Assembly: GCA_046331705.1 (NCBI GenBank)
Contig: JAXLQJ010000002.1
Location: 266,370 to 330,369, forward strand
Direction of reading: 5' to 3'
Length of the DNA stretch: 64,000 nt
Source: a bacterium
GTDB lineage: Bacteria > JADJOY01
Shown: one piece after another, positions 59,634 through 64,000 of the stretch
How positions within the stretch are numbered: the stretch's first letter is position 1
Layout of the letters: the number at the start of each line of letters is the position of its first letter
The notes under the pieces: generated by a model
Database searches by the model: none
The model's input: the letters and a program-made list of their open reading frames with translations, nothing else
What the model was told of the DNA's origin: nothing
Position numbers and translations under genes: made by a program

Positions 59634-60761
59634 ATGAGCACGTCGATCTGGATCGACTTGGCGGACGACGCCGACGACGCCGAGCTGCGCCGGTTGCTGC
59701 GCGACAACGCGATGCCCGGCGGGATCTCGGTGGCGTTCCATCGTGAGCCGAGCTTCTTCCGCGCCGTCGGCATCGAGGGCGACGCCCAGCAAGTGATCGT
59801 CGGGCGCGACGCAGCCGATCCCGCGCGGATTCGCGGGGTCGCGACGCGCTCGACGCGCACGATGTGGGTGAACGGGCAAGCGCGTCGGATCGGCTACCTG
59901 AGCGGGCTGCGCGTCGATCCGGCGGTTCGCCAATCGATCTGGCTGGCGCGCGGCTACCAGAAGCTGCGCGAGCTTCACGAGGCGGACCCGGTTCCCGTCT
60001 ACGTCTCGACCATCATCGAGGACAACGCGCTGGCCCGCTCTGTGCTCGCCAGCGGCCGGGCCGGGCTGCCGAGGTATCGCGACCTCGGTCGCCTGCGCAC
60101 GTTCTCGGTTCACCTGGCGGGGCGCGCGCGGGGCGCGCGGGTGCCGGGGATCGCCGTCGAGCCCGGCAGCGCCGAGCGGCTCGGCGAGATCGTGGCTTGT
60201 CTCGCGCGGCACGGCGCGACGCGCCAGTTCGCGCCGCGCTGGTTGGCGGCGGACTTCGCCGGTGATTCGCCGCGTGTGCCGGATCTGCGGCCGGAGGACT
60301 TCCGCGTGGCGCTGCGAGGCGGACGCGTGGTCGGCACGATGGCGCGCTGGGATCAATCCCGCTTCAAGCAGACGGTGGTGGTCGGATACGGCGGCGCGAT
60401 GCGGTGGTTGAGGCCGCTCTACGGGCTCGCCGGACGACTGCTCGGATTCGCGCCGTTACCGAAGCCGGGACTGCCGTTTCACTATTTTCACGCGGCCTTC
60501 GCGTCGGTGGATCCCGGCGAGGACGATCCGCGCGCGGTCTTTCGACTGCTGCTCTCGACGCTCTTCGACGAGGCGCGGGGGAAAGACTACGGCTTCTTCA
60601 TGCTCGGTCTGCACGAGCGCGACCCACTCGTGGGCGTGCTCGACGAGTTCCGCTACACGCCGTACGACGCACGGATCTACGCCGTGCACTGGCCGGATGG
60701 CGCGGCGTTCGCGGACGAGCTGGACGCGCGCCCGCCGGCGCCCGAGGTCTCGACGCTGTGA
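59634..60761 (+). CDS. Tandem GNAT-like acyltransferase
   Basis: MPGGISVAFHREPSFF and RIGYLSGLRVDP; divergent from the radical SAM gene. Confidence 0.72.
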   Translation: MSTSIWIDLADDADDAELRRLLRDNAMPGGISVAFHREPSFFRAVGIEGDAQQVIVGRDAADPARIRGVATRSTRTMWVNGQARRIGYLSGLRVDPAVRQSIWLARGYQKLRELHEADPVPVYVSTIIEDNALARSVLASGRAGLPRYRDLGRLRTFSVHLAGRARGARVPGIAVEPGSAERLGEIVACLARHGATRQFAPRWLAADFAGDSPRVPDLRPEDFRVALRGGRVVGTMARWDQSRFKQTVVVGYGGAMRWLRPLYGLAGRLLGFAPLPKPGLPFHYFHAAFASVDPGEDDPRAVFRLLLSTLFDEARGKDYGFFMLGLHERDPLVGVLDEFRYTPYDARIYAVHWPDGAAFADELDARPPAPEVSTL

Positions 60762-60801
60762 GCTCCGGCGGACCCCTGCAACACGCGCAACGCCGGCCGG
60801 C

Positions 60802-61893
60802 TCAGGGAACGCCGACGCCCGCCTCGGCGAAGCGTCCCTGCAGCTCGAGCCGGCCGTCCGTCCAGGTGGCCACGGGGTGGTTGAGCCGGTCGACGACGAC
60901 CGCGCGCTCGTAGCGCGTCGACGCCAGGAACTTGCAGAGCGCCAGCATGCGTTGCCGCAGGTCGGCTGGCGGTGCGTGGGTGGTCTCCGACGAGAGCTCG
61001 ATGCGCACCCGCTTCTGGGCCTTGTCCGCCGCGGAGGCTTCCAGGACGTGCGCGCCCGGGAAAAAGGGCTCGAGCGCGGCCTCGGCGATCGCCGCCGGAG
61101 CGGGCTCGCCGAGGAAGGCCCGCGAGGCGTAGAGGCCGTAGCCGAGCGATGCGGCGGCAGCCGCGATGCTGACGCTGGCGAGCGCGATTCGGCTGGTGCG
61201 GCGAGCGCTAGGCGCGCTCGCGGAGACGCGCGCCGGTGGCTGGCCGAGGACCCGGGTGGTCACCCCGGTGCCACGAACCTCGCGCGTGCCCTTGCGGGGC
61301 GCACCGTCCGCGCGGTTCGTCCCCGGCTCGCGCGGGAACGCCTTCGAGTCGCTGGGCGGCGGCGTGGCCTCGAGCGGCGCGGCGACACCGGCGGTGCGCG
61401 TCAGCTCGATGGCCTCGGCCACGCGTTCGAGGCGAAAGAGCGCGCGCGCCAAGAGCTCGTGCACGTCACGGCTGGCGACGTCGGTGCGGTCGGATTGCGC
61501 TTCCAGCTGCTCGCGGGTGTCGGCCAGCGCGGCCTGGAACGCGTCCAGCGCCGCGGCGCCGGTGACGCCCTCGAGACCCGCCGCGAGCGGTCGGGCGCGG
61601 TGCTCGTGCCAGAGCGCGAGGATCAGGATCGAGTCGACCACCGAGCTTCGCCAATCCGCCGGTGATCCCGTGTCGCTCGCGAGCTCCGCGAGCAGCTCGC
61701 GCTCGGCGTCGCGCAGCCACAGATCGGGGGCCGCATCGGCGAGCGCGCGCTCGCCCGCATCCACCGCGACCAGCGCCGGCGGAGCGACCAGCGCGGACAG
61801 GTCCGCGCGCCGAGCCGCGAGCGCATCGCGCAGGCCGGCAATGGCGCTCTCGAGACGATGGGGTGGGGGCTCGGTCGGGGAGGGCGGGGGCAT
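60802..61893 (-). CDS. Hypothetical single-pass membrane protein
   Basis: Long ORF with one TM segment (IALASVSIAAAAASLGYGLY). Confidence 0.6.
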   Translation of the reverse strand: MPPPSPTEPPPHRLESAIAGLRDALAARRADLSALVAPPALVAVDAGERALADAAPDLWLRDAERELLAELASDTGSPADWRSSVVDSILILALWHEHRARPLAAGLEGVTGAAALDAFQAALADTREQLEAQSDRTDVASRDVHELLARALFRLERVAEAIELTRTAGVAAPLEATPPPSDSKAFPREPGTNRADGAPRKGTREVRGTGVTTRVLGQPPARVSASAPSARRTSRIALASVSIAAAAASLGYGLYASRAFLGEPAPAAIAEAALEPFFPGAHVLEASAADKAQKRVRIELSSETTHAPPADLRQRMLALCKFLASTRYERAVVVDRLNHPVATWTDGRLELQGRFAEAGVGVP

Positions 61894-61986
61894 CGTGTTT
61901 CGCGTCGGGACGCCGCGGGCGACCGCGCTGGCTCGCCGCGGTCACTGCTCGTCGGGGGGGGAATCGTACGTCGCGCGCTCGCGGGC

Positions 61987-62433
61987 TCACTGCACCGCGA
62001 TCGCGAAGGTCCGAATGGCGCCGTTCTCGTATTGCTGGGCTTCGATCGAGTTACTGCCCTGGTAGCAGAGGAACACTCGGCAGGAGGTGCTGGCCGTGGC
62101 GACGAACGAGCCGCAGGCGTCGTTGTCCTGGTACCCGATGTCCGCCTTGTTGCGCGGGTTCACGTCGGCGTGGCGCGGCACCACGCGGTCGAGAACGTCG
62201 GTGGCGGCATTCGGGTTGGCCTTGGCCATCTCGGTGTCGAGCTCGTTCTGTAGCTCACCGGAGAGCCCTTTGTAGTTGTCGTCGCAGGCGGCGCGCCAGG
62301 CCTTCTCGCGGGCGCCGAGCAGCTGGGGAATCGCGAGGCCCGCGATGATGGCGATGATGGCCACGACGATCAGCAGCTCGATCATCGAGAAGCCGTGGTC
62401 GTGGCGCGGACGAGGATGGACGTGGATGCTCAT
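61987..62433 (-). CDS. Type IV pilin / pseudopilin-like protein
   Basis: Prepilin cleavage motif G|FSMIELLIVVAIIAIIAGLAIP; C-terminal cysteines. Confidence 0.88.
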   Translation of the reverse strand: MSIHVHPRPRHDHGFSMIELLIVVAIIAIIAGLAIPQLLGAREKAWRAACDDNYKGLSGELQNELDTEMAKANPNAATDVLDRVVPRHADVNPRNKADIGYQDNDACGSFVATASTSCRVFLCYQGSNSIEAQQYENGAIRTFAIAVQ

Positions 62434-62653
62434 GGCGAAAGGGGGACTCGAATCGAAGGGGCCCGTGGCGGTGGATGCGACTGTCGTCGTCGCACGGCGC
62501 GCCCGGAACGTGATCGCGCTGCGCAGAGTATACGGACATACCCGGGCGCGTCGTAAGGGCCGCGCCGACGATCGTCCGCCGCGCAGCGCGACGAGGCCCG
62601 GCGCGCGCGCGCGGAGGCATGGGACGGAACGCCCGGCGGCGCTTGGCGGGGCG

Positions 62654-62673
62654 AAGTGAAACATGTTTCACTT
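62654..62673. promoter_or_regulatory. KstR-type operator (perfect 20-bp palindrome)
   Basis: AAGTGAAACATGTTTCACTT; 18/20 identical to 34147-34166; 40 bp upstream of the SDR gene. Confidence 0.82.
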
Positions 62674-62712
62674 TCGTCACCCATCCATCCGCCAGCGCGA
62701 GGAGATGCGCAC

Positions 62713-63546
62713 GTGAGCCAACGTCTCGAAGGGAAGGTCGCCGTCGTCACCGGAGGCGGAAGCGGCATCGGTCGCGAGGCCGTGCTTCGGTTCCTGCGCG
62801 AGGGCGCCAAGGTGGTGATCGGCGACCTGAACGAGAAAACCGCGCAGGAGGCGATGGACCTCGCCGCCACCGAGGGCCTGGGAGCAAACGTTCGGTTCAT
62901 CAAGACCAACGTGTCCGACGAGGCCCAGGTCGCCGCCATGATCGACTTCGCCCCGCGGGAGTTCGGTCGCCTCGACGTGGTGTTCAACAACGCGGGCCTG
63001 CCGGGTGCGCTCGGCAAGGTCCACGAGATCAAGACCGAGGATTGGGACTTCACGTTCTCGGTGCTGGTGCGTGGCGTGTTCCTCGGTCTCAAGCATGGGG
63101 CACGCGTGCTGCGCGCTCAGGGGCAAGGCGGTTCGATGATCAACACCGCCTCGGTGGCGGGCTTGAGCGGCGGCTGTGGGCCGCACGCGTACACGGCGGC
63201 GAAGGCGGCGGTCGTGAACCTGACGCGGTCGGTCGCCGTGGAGCTCGCGCGCAAGAAGGTCCGCGTCAACGCGATCTGCCCGGGTGCGATCCTCACTCCA
63301 TTGGTGCACCGCGGGAACAAGGACGCGCTCGAGCCGATGATGGCCCAGTCGCAGCCGTGGCCGGAGGCCGGGCTCGGCGAGGACGTCGCCGCAGCGGCGC
63401 TCTATCTGGCGAGCGACGAGTCGCGCTTCGTGACCGGTGCCGTGCTGGTGGTGGACGGGGGGCTCACGGCGGCGGGTCCACACGTGTACCGCGGCAACTG
63501 GGAGCAGTCGGGCAACACCGTCGACATGGGCACGACCGGGCTCTGA
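62713..63546 (+). CDS. Short-chain dehydrogenase/reductase
   Basis: TGGGSGIG, NNAG, YTAAK, VRVNAICPG, VDGG. Confidence 0.93.
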   Translation: MSQRLEGKVAVVTGGGSGIGREAVLRFLREGAKVVIGDLNEKTAQEAMDLAATEGLGANVRFIKTNVSDEAQVAAMIDFAPREFGRLDVVFNNAGLPGALGKVHEIKTEDWDFTFSVLVRGVFLGLKHGARVLRAQGQGGSMINTASVAGLSGGCGPHAYTAAKAAVVNLTRSVAVELARKKVRVNAICPGAILTPLVHRGNKDALEPMMAQSQPWPEAGLGEDVAAAALYLASDESRFVTGAVLVVDGGLTAAGPHVYRGNWEQSGNTVDMGTTGL

Positions 63547-63612
63547 GCCCGCAGGGAGTGGCGGACGGCTGGCACCCAGCACCCCGCCATCGCCTGGGCG
63601 CGCTCGGGCGCC

Positions 63613-64000
63613 ATGGCGCTCACCGGCGAGCGACATGGGCCGGCGCTCGTGGCACCGGCGACGCTGGCGACCAGCGCGGCGGCGGTGGTCGGGGAGCTCG
63701 CGCTCCGCGCCGGCGCGCGCTGGCGGCTCGGCGCGCTCGATGGCGCCGCGCTCCTCGGTGAGCGCGCCGCGATCTTCGGCTACCGACGAAACGGCCGCAT
63801 CTCGCCGGGCGCCACGTGTCGCCTGACGCGAGCCCGTGACGGTTGGATCGCGATCAATCTGCCCCGCGCCGACGATTGGGCGGCGCTCGCGGCGTGGCTC
63901 GAGTCCGAGGGCTGGGCGGGCGTCGGTGGGACGGTGCTCGCGGACGAGGGCGCGTGGGCGCGGCTCGCCGCCGACGTGAGCGTGCGCGAGAAGGCGACGC
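63613..64000 (+). CDS. CaiB/BaiF family III CoA-transferase-like protein (partial, runs off the window)
   Basis: MALTG, LLGERAA, GRISPGATCRL, RDGWIAINLPRADD. Confidence 0.65.
   Translation, partial: MALTGERHGPALVAPATLATSAAAVVGELALRAGARWRLGALDGAALLGERAAIFGYRRNGRISPGATCRLTRARDGWIAINLPRADDWAALAAWLESEGWAGVGGTVLADEGAWARLAADVSVREKAT

Noticed and set aside
1-64000. tRNA or rRNA genes
   Set aside because: None recognised by eye; tRNAscan-SE and Infernal would be needed to exclude them.

Overview
High-GC (roughly 70%) bacterial DNA. The Ser/Thr-kinase-sigma54 activator fusion, type IV pilin and many lipoproteins suggest a Myxococcota/Deltaproteobacteria-like host (inference). Bases 1-6.7 kb are an accessory mosaic: a minus-strand array of integron-type cassettes separated by attC sites with no integrase in the window, an intact IS110/IS1111-family element inside one attC whose 3' non-coding region carries junction-matching segments, two remnants of a second element at other attC sites, and an IS256 element joining two truncated genes. 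The rest is mostly metabolic and envelope genes: a 1740-aa kinase/TPR/GAF/sigma54 activator with two DUF5666 lipoproteins, a two-gene IS, and a GH106 glycosidase. An actinobacterial-style steroid catabolism cluster (ferredoxin, FadE26/27-like, FadD19-like, KstR-like, KshA-like) includes an ERG2/sigma-1-receptor homologue and two KstR-type operators, one 28 kb away. Further along are ABC/RND transporters, a DUF3160-CapA pair, and a B12-radical-SAM/GNAT-like/GH3 cluster of unknown product. All family calls come from motif recognition by eye; no database searches were run.
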